Shown: positions 1 to 10,112, numbered from the stretch's first letter. The stretch is 46,422 nucleotides of DNA from an uncultured Muribaculaceae bacterium (GCA_964514935.1 CAZEVZ010000001.1:1-46422); one strand, 5' to 3'. A program made the numbers and translations. Notes: generated from the sequence alone by a model not told the origin.

Positions 1-818
1 ATGCTGCATATAATACACGATTAGAAGATGTCGAAGATTTAATCAGAGCCAATGCAGGATTTCATAATTCAATATTTAGAGGTGAAGATGTCTCAAAATA
101 TATGCCCAGTAGTGTTGTCAATGGTGGGGATGGTTCCATATATGATAGAATTGCTGGTACCAATGGCTATAGTATGTTTGAGGATCTCTATGTTGGAGAC
201 TATATTGTAGCAGATAAAGTTAATGCGACAGTTAATGGAATTGTGTGGCGAATCGCTGGTTTTGATATTTATTATGGAAAAGGTTCTACTCCGCTTAATA
301 CTCATCATGCGGTCATCATACCAGATACGAATTTAACTTCTTCGGTTATGAATGATTCAGCTACGACAGAAGGGGGGTATGTTGGAAGTAAAATGTACAC
401 AACGACAATTCCGAGTGTTTTAACTACCTATATCAATCCGGTATTTAATGGTCATGTACTTTCGCATAGAACATTACGTACAACTTATGTGTGCAATGCA
501 ATAAGTATGGGATATGGTGGTTGGACTGGAACAGCATGTGGTTGGGATTGGTATACGCGTCAAGCTGACTTGATGAATGAGGTACAAGTAACTGGTAATA
601 TGTCCGTTTCTAGTAGCTATGTTGATACGGGAACTGATAATATCCAATTTCCGTTATTCAGGCTAAAACCTGGATTTGTCAATGCGCAGCGAAGCACATA
701 TTGGTTAAGGTCTATTGCATCGTATACATTATTTGCTATAATTGGTGGTTATGGTGTCAGTGATGTAATAGATGCTAATAATTCGTTAGGTGTGCGACCA
801 TACTTCTATATCGGTTAA
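1..818 (+). CDS. Secreted tail-fibre-like family protein, paralogue 1 (5' end lies left of the window); long form with YWLRS...GVRPYFYIG C-terminal domain
   Basis: Frame 3 is open from the window edge. Its translation (AAYNTRLEDVEDLIRANAGFHNSIFRGEDVSKYMPSSVV...) is colinear with residues ~70-330 of the 31648..32640 paralogue. Track ORF 102..818 is only the part after an internal Met. Confidence 0.75.
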   Translation, partial: AAYNTRLEDVEDLIRANAGFHNSIFRGEDVSKYMPSSVVNGGDGSIYDRIAGTNGYSMFEDLYVGDYIVADKVNATVNGIVWRIAGFDIYYGKGSTPLNTHHAVIIPDTNLTSSVMNDSATTEGGYVGSKMYTTTIPSVLTTYINPVFNGHVLSHRTLRTTYVCNAISMGYGGWTGTACGWDWYTRQADLMNEVQVTGNMSVSSSYVDTGTDNIQFPLFRLKPGFVNAQRSTYWLRSIASYTLFAIIGGYGVSDVIDANNSLGVRPYFYIG

Positions 819-906
819 TTAGTGAAAGTGAGAAAAAACTTACAATTTGTGCAAATATTTTTGGATGAATTTTATGATAAATTGTAAGATGGGAGAAAAT
901 AGTGCT

Positions 907-931
907 AGACATTAAAAAAATGTCTTTTTTT
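907..931 (+). terminator. Rho-independent terminator after paralogue 1
   Basis: Stem AGACAT (907-912) / ATGTCT (920-925), followed by a T-run at 926-931. Confidence 0.6.
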
Positions 932-932
932 C

Positions 933-961
933 TTGCAAAAACGTATATTTTATGTTACTAT
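933..961 (+). promoter_or_regulatory. Sigma-A-type promoter for the giant surface protein gene
   Basis: TTGCAA (933-938), 17-nt spacer, TGt-extended TACTAT (956-961). Confidence 0.45.
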
Positions 962-1106
962 ATTTATAGATAATATAAATGGGTGGTATGTTGAAAATAG
1001 TCAAAGAATAAAGTCTGATAAAAATTGATAATTTTTAAAGAGTAAGATGTCTTTTGGCTGGATTTTTTGATGAAAAGAAAATATTAAGAAAATGAGGTAG
1101 ATATGA

Positions 1107-4100
1107 ATGAATGATAGAAAGAGAATGATATTAACAATCGTAGCAATATTTTTAGTGGGATTAGTCATAACTGGCGGTAGTTATGCTTATTTTTCATGGG
1201 CAGGTGGTGTTAATAAGAACATCATCTTTAATACTGCTGGTGACTTAAAAGATTATATTGTCTATGATGAAGGAGAATCTAAATTTGTTGGTAATCTTCA
1301 GGTAGGCGATGATTATACCGATGGCATTCATTCAACTATTGCCTTAAAGAAAACAGACGATGCAGCTAACATATCACTAATAGCAACAATTCATTTAGAT
1401 GTCAATCAAATTGGTACTAATATGAAGAAGAGCCCAGCTTTAAAATGGACGGTAACTGAAAGAACATCAGGTAATACCGAACTAGAACTTGCTAGTGGTA
1501 ACTTCGTCGGATCTAATGCTGGCGATACATTGACATTAGTGCCTAATATCAATGTAACAACTAGTAAAGTCTATTATACGATTTGGATTTGGCTAGATGA
1601 AGATGAAAATCCAAGTGAGTTACTTTCTGGTGAAACGTTAGATACGAATGTATGGACAGAAATCAATCAACTTGAAGGTACTGAAGATAGATTTGAAGTT
1701 ACAAGAATTAGTGCTAATTATCAGACAATCAGTGCAACTGTAGTGGATAGTAAGTATAAAGTAACTCATTATAAAGTAACTGAAAGTAATACGGTGCCTA
1801 ATAGCTGGACAGAAATTACACCAGCAAGTGATAAGAACAACGTTTATAATTTGACAAGTACTGATAATACAAGAACGGTAAATACAACATATTATGTATG
1901 GTTTAAAGATGAAAATAATAGAACGACATATAAGAGTGTAACTATTACGGCTGTCGATACGACCGAACCAGATTGTAGCTGGGGCACTTGGAATGTGACA
2001 TCAATTGCTAATAATGAGACCGCAAGTATCAATTTAACATGTACCGATGAATCAGAAATTACAAATAGCAATTTGACAGCAAGTAGTTTTGAATTATCAA
2101 ATAACAAAGTAACAATAACCAATGTAACAAAAACAAGTGTAACTGGTGGATATAAATATACAGTAACAGTTAAAGGAACGACAAGTGATGGCGAAACGAC
2201 ATTGACGTTACCAGCTAATACGATAAAGAATGTGTTATATCCAACCGTACAAGGAAATGAGGTAAAAACATCAGCAGCGATAACAGTTGCTAATACATAT
2301 GCCGTTGAATTTGAAACAGCAAATAATAATTGTGCTCTAAATGCTACGACATATGCCGATAGAACAGAAACATATGGAACAGCTTGGACAATAGCTAATC
2401 CAAGTTGTACGGGATATACATTTGCTGGATGGACCGCATCAAATACTCTAGATACGACAAATGCTAAATATGGTGATTCATCTAGTGCAGTAACTACGAC
2501 ATGGTCAAATGCAAGTACTGCAACTAAAGCAACATACTTCAAAGATTTGGCATTAAGAAGCAATAGAACAATAACTTTGACGGCTACATGGACAGCTAAT
2601 GAACTAACATTTAGTAATCAAACGTTAGATAGTGGGGTATATGGAACAGCTTATACATCTAATGCCTTTACAGGTGCAAGTAATGGATCAAATGATTATA
2701 CATATACGATTGTAAGTGGAGCTCCAACTGGAGCAACAATCAGTGGTACAAATAGAACAATCTCATTTACCAATAGTACGAATGCGGGAACATATAACGT
2801 AATTGTCAAAGCAAAGGATAATGTAACCAATGCGGAAAAACAAGCAACGATGACAATTACAATCGAGAGATTAGAAATAACTTTCCCAACATGTACAAGT
2901 CAAGCATATACCGCTGAAGAACAAACTCTATTTGCGGCTCATGATAGTGGACAATACACCAATAGTGTCATCAAAGGAACAAACGTAGATAGTTATACGG
3001 GTGATTTAACGCCTACGGCTAACTATAAATGGAGTAGTGGAAGTAATGTAACAAGTGCCAGAACATTAACTTGTTACATTACAAAAGCAAACACAACCAC
3101 AACATTAGGTAATCAAAATAAAACATATAATGGTGAAAGTCAAGCGGCCAGTGGAGCAACAGCTAAATTAAATAGTAACAATGCCAATATCGCTGGAGCA
3201 GCATTTACGTATAAGTATTATACGAATAATGAATGTAGTACCGGTGAGACAAGTACCGCTCCGACCAATTATGGAACATATTATGTTAAAGCGACACTAA
3301 CAGGAACTGATAACTATAATTCAAGCACTAGTGATTGTAAAACATATACGATGAATAAGAAGGAAATAACGATAACAGCTAAAGATCAAACAATAAATTA
3401 TGGTTCTTCAATAGCAACAGGAACTAGCCAAGTAACGGTAGCAACGTTAGTTACTGGAGATACTTTGGATTCAGTAACGCTAACACCAAGTACTGCAAAT
3501 TACACAACTAATGGTACGATAACCCCGAGTGCTGCCGTAATAAAAAGATCAGGGACAGCAGTAACTAGTAACTATGATATCGAATATGTTGCTGGAGTAC
3601 TAAAAATAAATAAAGTAAATGCAACATGTCCATCATTAACGTCTTATAATGCTGCATATGATGGAAATAAACATTCAATAACCGTAGGGAATAATTCAAG
3701 CGGAGGAACAGTTCAATATAGAACAGCATCAAATGGTGAATGGTCAAATACTAATCCTGAACTAGGCCCAAATGCCGGAACAGATACGACAGTTTATGTT
3801 CAAGTATTGGGAGACTCTAACCATAATACGGTACAGTGTTATGTAACTGGCACAACAAATGCTAAAGTTACCATAACTCAAAAAGCATTGACAAGTACGC
3901 AAATAGATGCCTGGAGTACAACGTGGGTATCTGGGGCAAGTACATATGCGAGAAATAATGTAAGTACCGGAGTTGGAACCGAAAAGATAAACCTAACATA
4001 TACACCAAAAGTGAATGCGGTAGGAACATATGCATATTCAGCGACGGCCGCAGATAATAAATATACCTTAAGTTTATCAAGTAATAATTATTCAGTAAGT

Positions 4101-7100
4101 AGTGCCGGAGATTTTACATTAACGGGAGCAACGATAACCGGAAGTGTAACGATAAGTGGAACAGCAACATGGGGAGAGACATTAACAGCAAATGCCAGCT
4201 GTACGACACCATCATCAGGATGTACATTTGATAACTATCAGTGGAAAGCAGATGGAGTAGACATCAGTGGAGCAACCAGTAGTACATATACGATACCGAA
4301 AGAAAAAGTAGGACAAGTAATAAGCGTCTCTGTAAGAGCAAAAGCTACGAACTATGCGAATAAGACACTAACAAGTAGTGGCACAGATGCGGTAGCAAAA
4401 CAAAATTTATCAGTAACAACAACTAATTATAATGCCGCATACGATGGAAACACCCATTATGCGACCATTAACGTAACGAGTTCTGCTTGGAACGGCTCAA
4501 CTATCGTATCAGGCACAAGTACATCTTATGGAACCAATGTAACGACGAGTGGAGTTGTAAATACCTCTTATAATTTAAAACCAGGATATAGTGACTTTAC
4601 TGATGGCACAAAGACCGTTTATTATAAAGTAACCGGAGGAACATATTATAACGATAAAACCGGAAGTGCAACAGTAACTATAACGAAAGCATCTATGTCG
4701 GGTGGAAGTGTAAGTATTGGTGGTAATAAAATATATGGAAGTATATTAACAGCGACAATATCTGATACGACACCTGCTGCAGATAGTTATACATGTACGT
4801 GGTATTCAAATACAAGTCAATCAAATAGTGGTGGGACACAAATAACAAGCGGAGAGGCCACAAATAAACAATGTACCTATACGATAGGCACAGGCCTAAT
4901 TGGTAAGTATATTTATGTTGAAATAACAGCATCTAAAAGCAACTATTCAAATAGAACATTCAAATCAGATGCGACGAGTGCGATTGCTCAAAGGGAAGTT
5001 GAAGTAACTGCACCAACAATGGCAAGTGGAACACTAACATATAGTGGAAGCGAACAGACTATAACGGGAAATGCTGGAAGTTGTAGTGCTGGTGGAACAA
5101 TGTATTATTACACTACGAACTATACGACAAGTACTGCGCCATCATTCTCAACAAGTACTTGGACTACAACATTCCCAAGTAGTGCAAAGGGTACAAATGC
5201 TAGAACATATTACTTATGGTATTATTGCTATGTAAGTGATACGACAAATAATAAAGCTAAAAGTGGTTCAAGTATCAATACAGCATTAAGTGTCACGAAA
5301 GCAATTGGTAAATATACGCCAAGTATCGCCATAAGTCCAAATACAGGAACGGTAAACTATAATAATAGTACGACATTTACAGCAACTCCAACTACTATAA
5401 GCAGTTGTCAAGGAACATTGACAGCAGCAAGTGCTGATACGACTAAGGTAAGTATTACTGGTGGAGCAAGCAATAGTAATGTAGCCAATGATACTGGTAA
5501 AACAATAACTTGGAAAGGTGTCGGCTATACGACAGATACCAAGATAAATGTTAACTATGCTCCAAGTGATACCAATAACTGTAATAGTGCAACGCAAGTA
5601 CAATATACGGCCGTAGTAAATAAAGTGGTAGCTACTTGTCCGACAACCTTTAATGGTTATAGTGGAACATATGATGGAAGCAGTCATACGGTAACAGTAA
5701 GTGGGCAAAGTGGTGGAACAATAAAATATAGTACTGATAATGCAACATGGGGAGATGATTTACCAACAAGAACTGCTGTTGGTACGACGACAGTCTATGT
5801 AAAAATGGTTGGTGATTCAAACCACACTAATAATAATTCTTGTGGAAGCAAACAGATAGTAATTAATCAAAGAACAGTGACGATAACAGCACCAACGGTA
5901 AATAGTACTACGTTAACATATAACGGAAGCGGGCAGAACTTGTTAGCAACTGCAGGAAGCTGTAGTACTGGTGGTACAATGTATTGGTATAGTTCTAATC
6001 CAACAACGTCAAATAGTGCTCCAACATTCTCAACTAGTACTTGGACAACGACATCACCAACAAATACAAGTTATAAGGGAACTAACGCTGGAACATATTA
6101 TATTTGGTACTATTGTAAAGTAGATGATACGACCAATAATACTGGAACGAATATCAATACTAGATTGAATGTTACTAAAGAAATTCAAACAAAAGGAATA
6201 ACCGGAAGTGTCTCAATAAGTGGAACATCTACTTGGGGGCAAACATTAACTGCTACGGGAACGTGCAGTGATCCAAGTAGTGGATGTTCATTCAGTAATT
6301 ATAAATGGTATTATACGACGAGTGATTCACCAACTGGTGGAACACAGATCGATGGAGCGACAAGCAGTACTTATGAAATTGATAAGAGTTTGGTTGGTAA
6401 ATATATCTATGTTACGGTAGATGCTAGTGCAACGAACTATACGACAAGAACATTAACAAGTACGACGACGACTCCAGCAATTGCAAAACAGAGTTTGTCT
6501 GTAACGAGAACCAATTATACAGGCGATTATGATACAAGTGCACATGGTGTAGTTGTCAAAGTTGATAGCAGTGCTTGGAATGGAAAAACGATCGTCTCTG
6601 GTACGACTACTTCGTATGGTACGACAGTAACAAGTAATGGTGCATATAATACCAACTATACGTTAAGTCCAACATATACGAATGTAACTGGAGAAACTAA
6701 GACAGTTTACTATAAAATAACTGGTGGTGACTATTATAGTGATTATACCGGTAGTGGTACTGTCAACATTGCCAATGCCGATATGAGTGGTGGTAGTGTA
6801 GCTATTAGTGGAACCAATACCTGGGGACAAAAACTAACAGCAACTATCAATAATACGACACCAACAGCGACTTATAAATGTTCTTGGTATTATACGACAA
6901 CTAGCGGAGCGACTTCAAGTGGAACAGCTATTGATGGAGCTACCAATCAAACTCCAAGTAGCAATAAATGTGAATACACAATCGATAAGAGTTTAGTTGG
7001 TAAATATATCTATGTGGTAGTAACGGCATCAAAAACTAACTATAATCCAGTGACATTTGCCGATGCTACAGATGCGACAGCAAATACAACAGCAGCGGTA

Positions 7101-9647
7101 GCAAAGCAAAATTTGTCTGTAACTACAACAAATTATAATAATGCTTATGATAACTCGACACATTATGCGACTATAACAGTAACTTCGTCTGAATGGACTG
7201 GAAAAACCATCGTATCAGGAACAAGTACAAGTTATGGAACTAATGTAACGACGAGTGGAGCAGTAAATACCTCTTATAATTTACAACCTGGATATACGAA
7301 CTTTACTGATGGCGCAAAGACCGTTTACTATAAAGTAACAGGTGGTACTTATTATAAAGATAAAACCGGAAGTGCTACCGTCAATATTACAAAAGCAACA
7401 TGTAATGCACCAACTAATGTGGCGATAAGTAGCGCAGGTATCGTAACTTGGACAGCAAGTAGTAATGCCTCTAGTTATGAAATAAGTTTAAGTTCTGATA
7501 GTGGCTTTGCAAGTGCTACTAGTGGTGTCAACTATAGAAGCACGTTAGTTGCATCAGCGGGCGCAAAGACCGTTTATGTAAGAAGTGTTTGTGATTCAAC
7601 TAATTATACGACACCTAGCGCTAATGCCACTGCATCAATAGATGTTTATACCGTAAGTTTAAGTAATGGTATTGGTGTAAGTGCAACTACTGGTGGTGGA
7701 AGGTATATTAGTGGTGAAACAGTAACTTTAGGGGCAACCGTAATGAGTGGTTATACTTGGAGTAATTGGACACAGACCACTGGTGGTGCCCAAGTAAGTA
7801 CGACCCAAGCATATTCAGCAGCGATAACGGGCAACTGGTCGTATACGGCTAATGCTACCGGTAATACATATACGGCGACATTCTATTACAATAGTAATGC
7901 GACAAATGGTAGTAAAACAGTTGCATCAACGACAAAGAGTTGTACCGTATCGAATAATGCTGGTAACTGTAGTATCGATATACCGACAGCGGTAACTGGA
8001 AGTGTTGGTACATGGAATAATGCTTATGCGGGACTAAGTACAAGTGTTGGTAATATGACCCAAGCTGTAGCTTCAAATGCTTCTTCAATAACTTTGTCAG
8101 GTAATACAACTTATTATTCAATATATAGAACTGCCGTAACGGTATATAGACCAAGTGCGACAAATACATGTACAACACAACAATATTATCGTAATGAATG
8201 GTTTACAAGCACCAGTGCCATAGCAGATCCAGTTTTGTCTACCTCTACGACTGGTACCAGTAGTAGTAATCCAACAGTAGTATCTGGCTATAATTATGAT
8301 AATTCTTACGCTAAAAAAGTTACGACTAGTGCAAGTTTAGGAGGAACAGCATATTCAAGTTTTGGAGAAGCAGCAAAGTCAAATACGACAACTTTTTATG
8401 CGTCATCAAAGAAAACGGTATCAGTAACGGGAACTTTCTATTACCAAAGTAATGCGACAAGTGGTAGTACTACGATATCTTCTAAAACAAAATCAGAGGA
8501 TACGACACAGACATTATATTGTACAAGTACAAGTGCTGCAACAACATCAAACGCAAGTGTCAGCGTAGCAATACCTTCTGAAGTAACTAGCAGTGTTGGT
8601 ACATATAATAATGCATATGCAGGACTTAGTGCTAGTACTGGTAATATGACTGAAGCTGCAGCCTCAAATGCAACATCAGTAAGTATCAATAGTGATAAGA
8701 CGTATTATGCAATATATAGGAAATCATTAACAAATTATTACTATAATAACAATAGTTATACTTCAAGAACATTATATAGAAATCAATGGTTTACAAGTAC
8801 AAGTGCGATGGCCGATCCGGTATTATCTACGAGTAGTACAGGAACAAGTAATTATAGCACAGCTACAGGACCAGGAAGTAGTGCTTGGGCAGGATTATCA
8901 ACGGCAGCCGATACGACAGCCGAATACGCCAGTGTAACAAATGCAGCCAAGTCTAATAGTGGTAATCTTTATACAGTATATCAATTTAATGTAACATATT
9001 CGATAGGCAGCAATGTTTCATCAATTGGTGATACAAGTGGTAGCTGTAAGGTAAGTGCTACAGGAGCTAGTGCTGGCGGTACAAGTTGTACGGTAACATT
9101 ACCAAGTATATCTCCAAATACAGGTTACACATCAGTAGGTTGGAATACGACGAGTGGAGCGACGACAGGTACGGCAGGAGGTAATACTTATACGTTAAGT
9201 TCAAGTGGTGGAACGTTATACGCGAATGCGGTGGATGTAACGGCACCAACTGGAAGTGTCAGTGCTAGTGCGAATATCAATGTAATTACGGCGACAGCAT
9301 CAGTTAGTGATAATGGTAGTGGTTTAGGATCACCAGCTACATATTATTGGAAAGTATCAACTAGTGCAACATGTGATTCAACTGTAACTGGATTTGTTGA
9401 TACAACAACGAATTCATATAGTTATACATCATCTGATATAGGTGTAAACTATGTATGTTTGAAAATATCTGATGTCGCAGGTAATACAGCATATTTCTCT
9501 ACTTCAGCAATATACCTACATGCAAGCATTCTTTCATATGATAATACTGAAACGGAAGTTGATTGTGATACGGCACAGTGTATGATTGATACTATAGATT
9601 GTATACTTGATGGCGGTACTTGGACAGGATCATCATGCTATCGTTAA
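1107..9647 (+). CDS. Giant (2846 aa) N-terminally anchored or secreted repeat adhesin-like surface protein
   Basis: Uninterrupted 8.5-kb ORF with GAGGT 9 nt upstream. The N-terminus MNDRKRMILTIVAIFLVGLVITGGSYAYFSW is a hydrophobic segment plus a GGxYAYFS motif like SipW-cognate (TasA/camelysin-class) signal peptides. The body is T/S/N-rich, with GYTFAGWT (Listeria-Bacteroides-repeat-like) and ...INYG...GDTLDSVTL...YDIEYVAGVLKINK (MBG/YGX-like) modules. The C-terminus is Cys-rich and has no LPXTG. Confidence 0.85.
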   Translation: MNDRKRMILTIVAIFLVGLVITGGSYAYFSWAGGVNKNIIFNTAGDLKDYIVYDEGESKFVGNLQVGDDYTDGIHSTIALKKTDDAANISLIATIHLDVNQIGTNMKKSPALKWTVTERTSGNTELELASGNFVGSNAGDTLTLVPNINVTTSKVYYTIWIWLDEDENPSELLSGETLDTNVWTEINQLEGTEDRFEVTRISANYQTISATVVDSKYKVTHYKVTESNTVPNSWTEITPASDKNNVYNLTSTDNTRTVNTTYYVWFKDENNRTTYKSVTITAVDTTEPDCSWGTWNVTSIANNETASINLTCTDESEITNSNLTASSFELSNNKVTITNVTKTSVTGGYKYTVTVKGTTSDGETTLTLPANTIKNVLYPTVQGNEVKTSAAITVANTYAVEFETANNNCALNATTYADRTETYGTAWTIANPSCTGYTFAGWTASNTLDTTNAKYGDSSSAVTTTWSNASTATKATYFKDLALRSNRTITLTATWTANELTFSNQTLDSGVYGTAYTSNAFTGASNGSNDYTYTIVSGAPTGATISGTNRTISFTNSTNAGTYNVIVKAKDNVTNAEKQATMTITIERLEITFPTCTSQAYTAEEQTLFAAHDSGQYTNSVIKGTNVDSYTGDLTPTANYKWSSGSNVTSARTLTCYITKANTTTTLGNQNKTYNGESQAASGATAKLNSNNANIAGAAFTYKYYTNNECSTGETSTAPTNYGTYYVKATLTGTDNYNSSTSDCKTYTMNKKEITITAKDQTINYGSSIATGTSQVTVATLVTGDTLDSVTLTPSTANYTTNGTITPSAAVIKRSGTAVTSNYDIEYVAGVLKINKVNATCPSLTSYNAAYDGNKHSITVGNNSSGGTVQYRTASNGEWSNTNPELGPNAGTDTTVYVQVLGDSNHNTVQCYVTGTTNAKVTITQKALTSTQIDAWSTTWVSGASTYARNNVSTGVGTEKINLTYTPKVNAVGTYAYSATAADNKYTLSLSSNNYSVSSAGDFTLTGATITGSVTISGTATWGETLTANASCTTPSSGCTFDNYQWKADGVDISGATSSTYTIPKEKVGQVISVSVRAKATNYANKTLTSSGTDAVAKQNLSVTTTNYNAAYDGNTHYATINVTSSAWNGSTIVSGTSTSYGTNVTTSGVVNTSYNLKPGYSDFTDGTKTVYYKVTGGTYYNDKTGSATVTITKASMSGGSVSIGGNKIYGSILTATISDTTPAADSYTCTWYSNTSQSNSGGTQITSGEATNKQCTYTIGTGLIGKYIYVEITASKSNYSNRTFKSDATSAIAQREVEVTAPTMASGTLTYSGSEQTITGNAGSCSAGGTMYYYTTNYTTSTAPSFSTSTWTTTFPSSAKGTNARTYYLWYYCYVSDTTNNKAKSGSSINTALSVTKAIGKYTPSIAISPNTGTVNYNNSTTFTATPTTISSCQGTLTAASADTTKVSITGGASNSNVANDTGKTITWKGVGYTTDTKINVNYAPSDTNNCNSATQVQYTAVVNKVVATCPTTFNGYSGTYDGSSHTVTVSGQSGGTIKYSTDNATWGDDLPTRTAVGTTTVYVKMVGDSNHTNNNSCGSKQIVINQRTVTITAPTVNSTTLTYNGSGQNLLATAGSCSTGGTMYWYSSNPTTSNSAPTFSTSTWTTTSPTNTSYKGTNAGTYYIWYYCKVDDTTNNTGTNINTRLNVTKEIQTKGITGSVSISGTSTWGQTLTATGTCSDPSSGCSFSNYKWYYTTSDSPTGGTQIDGATSSTYEIDKSLVGKYIYVTVDASATNYTTRTLTSTTTTPAIAKQSLSVTRTNYTGDYDTSAHGVVVKVDSSAWNGKTIVSGTTTSYGTTVTSNGAYNTNYTLSPTYTNVTGETKTVYYKITGGDYYSDYTGSGTVNIANADMSGGSVAISGTNTWGQKLTATINNTTPTATYKCSWYYTTTSGATSSGTAIDGATNQTPSSNKCEYTIDKSLVGKYIYVVVTASKTNYNPVTFADATDATANTTAAVAKQNLSVTTTNYNNAYDNSTHYATITVTSSEWTGKTIVSGTSTSYGTNVTTSGAVNTSYNLQPGYTNFTDGAKTVYYKVTGGTYYKDKTGSATVNITKATCNAPTNVAISSAGIVTWTASSNASSYEISLSSDSGFASATSGVNYRSTLVASAGAKTVYVRSVCDSTNYTTPSANATASIDVYTVSLSNGIGVSATTGGGRYISGETVTLGATVMSGYTWSNWTQTTGGAQVSTTQAYSAAITGNWSYTANATGNTYTATFYYNSNATNGSKTVASTTKSCTVSNNAGNCSIDIPTAVTGSVGTWNNAYAGLSTSVGNMTQAVASNASSITLSGNTTYYSIYRTAVTVYRPSATNTCTTQQYYRNEWFTSTSAIADPVLSTSTTGTSSSNPTVVSGYNYDNSYAKKVTTSASLGGTAYSSFGEAAKSNTTTFYASSKKTVSVTGTFYYQSNATSGSTTISSKTKSEDTTQTLYCTSTSAATTSNASVSVAIPSEVTSSVGTYNNAYAGLSASTGNMTEAAASNATSVSINSDKTYYAIYRKSLTNYYYNNNSYTSRTLYRNQWFTSTSAMADPVLSTSSTGTSNYSTATGPGSSAWAGLSTAADTTAEYASVTNAAKSNSGNLYTVYQFNVTYSIGSNVSSIGDTSGSCKVSATGASAGGTSCTVTLPSISPNTGYTSVGWNTTSGATTGTAGGNTYTLSSSGGTLYANAVDVTAPTGSVSASANINVITATASVSDNGSGLGSPATYYWKVSTSATCDSTVTGFVDTTTNSYSYTSSDIGVNYVCLKISDVAGNTAYFSTSAIYLHASILSYDNTETEVDCDTAQCMIDTIDCILDGGTWTGSSCYR
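4135..7400 (+). repeat. Kilobase-scale in-frame segmental duplications inside the giant gene
   Basis: The unit AKQ(N/S)LSVT(T/R)TNY...SSAWNG(S/K)TIVSGT(S/T)TSYGT...KTVYYK(V/I)TGG begins at 4395, 6483 and 7101. ITGSV(T/S)ISGT(A/S)TWG(E/Q)TLTA... recurs near 4135 and 6200. VTAPT...GSCS(A/T)GGTMY(Y/W)Y...PSFSTSTWTTT... recurs near 5000 and 5880. A further pair lies near 7870 and 8430 (FYY(N/Q)SNAT(N/S)GS...). Confidence 0.8.
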
Positions 9648-9671
9648 CCTGCTTGGGAGTACAATCAAACT

Positions 9672-9842
9672 ATGGCTAATTGCTCTTCGAGCCTTATGCT
9701 AGATGGTGTGTTAGGTACATATTGTTCTCATCAGTGTAATAGTGATTTTGGTACAACAACATATTCTTGTACTAATTCACAAAGCATAACTCCTTCGGCA
9801 AGTGGTCTTTCAACCGGTAATTATTGTTGGTGTTACCATTAG
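9672..9842 (+). CDS. Possible 56-aa Cys-rich small ORF, or former C-terminal extension of the giant protein
   Basis: MANCSSSLMLDGVLGTYCSHQCNSDFGTTTYSCTNSQSITPSASGLSTGNYCWCYH is in the same frame as 1107..9647 and lies upstream of the shared terminator. GGGAG lies 12 nt upstream of the ATG. The ORF is below the track's size cut-off. Confidence 0.3.
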   Translation: MANCSSSLMLDGVLGTYCSHQCNSDFGTTTYSCTNSQSITPSASGLSTGNYCWCYH

Positions 9843-9883
9843 CTTGTTGGTAAGGGAACATTATATTTAAGCAATATTAAATT

Positions 9884-9925
9884 ACAGACTATTCACAATT
9901 TGTGAATGGTCTGTTTATTTTTTTT
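9884..9925 (+). terminator. Rho-independent terminator of the giant-gene transcript
   Basis: Stem ACAGACtATTCACA (9884-9897) / TGTGAATgGTCTGT (9901-9914), then a T-rich run to 9925. Confidence 0.7.
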
Positions 9926-9974
9926 ATAAAAGCAAGTAATAGAAAAAGCACAATAATGTGCTAAAAGTGTATTA

Positions 9975-10112
9975 TTATCTATGATTAGGACAATTGTTGT
10001 TTCCAGTTCCCCAGAATAAGAAGAAAATTATAAAAATGATAATCAATATCCAAATCCATTCTCCGCCACCGTAGCCGTAGCCACCATAATTACCACATCC
10101 ATAACCGTACAT
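9975..10112 (-). CDS. Small Gly/Tyr-rich membrane peptide (45 aa), YjcZ-like
   Basis: Hand translation of the minus strand gives MYGYGCGNYGGYGYGGGEWIWILIIIFIIFFLFWGTGNNNCPNHR. An AGGAG Shine-Dalgarno lies upstream (GAAAGGAGTAATAAATATG). The layout is a G/Y-rich head plus one hydrophobic helix, as in YjcZ-family peptides. It is not in the ORF track because it is under 60 aa. Confidence 0.5.
   Translation of the reverse strand: MYGYGCGNYGGYGYGGGEWIWILIIIFIIFFLFWGTGNNNCPNHR

Noticed and set aside
839-888. 10-bp inverted repeat CTTACAATTT ... AAATTGTAAG with a 30-nt spacer, downstream of paralogue 1
   Set aside because: It is a single occurrence with short AT-rich arms, no T-run and no promoter inside. 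It is too small and too weak to call a switch or terminator.
1892-9249. Track ORFs on the minus strand inside the giant gene (1892..2563, 3565..3747, 3868..4080, 4693..4932, 5286..5708, 7855..8178, 8441..8689, 9067..9249)
   Set aside because: All are antisense to an uninterrupted 8.5-kb ORF with clear repeat and domain structure. Their translations are low-complexity mirror images with no RBS context.
9645-9647. Alternative genetic code as the explanation for the in-frame continuation after TAA
   Set aside because: All other genes close normally under code 11 with TAA/TAG/TGA stops, and Trp is encoded by TGG throughout. A single locus does not justify reassignment.
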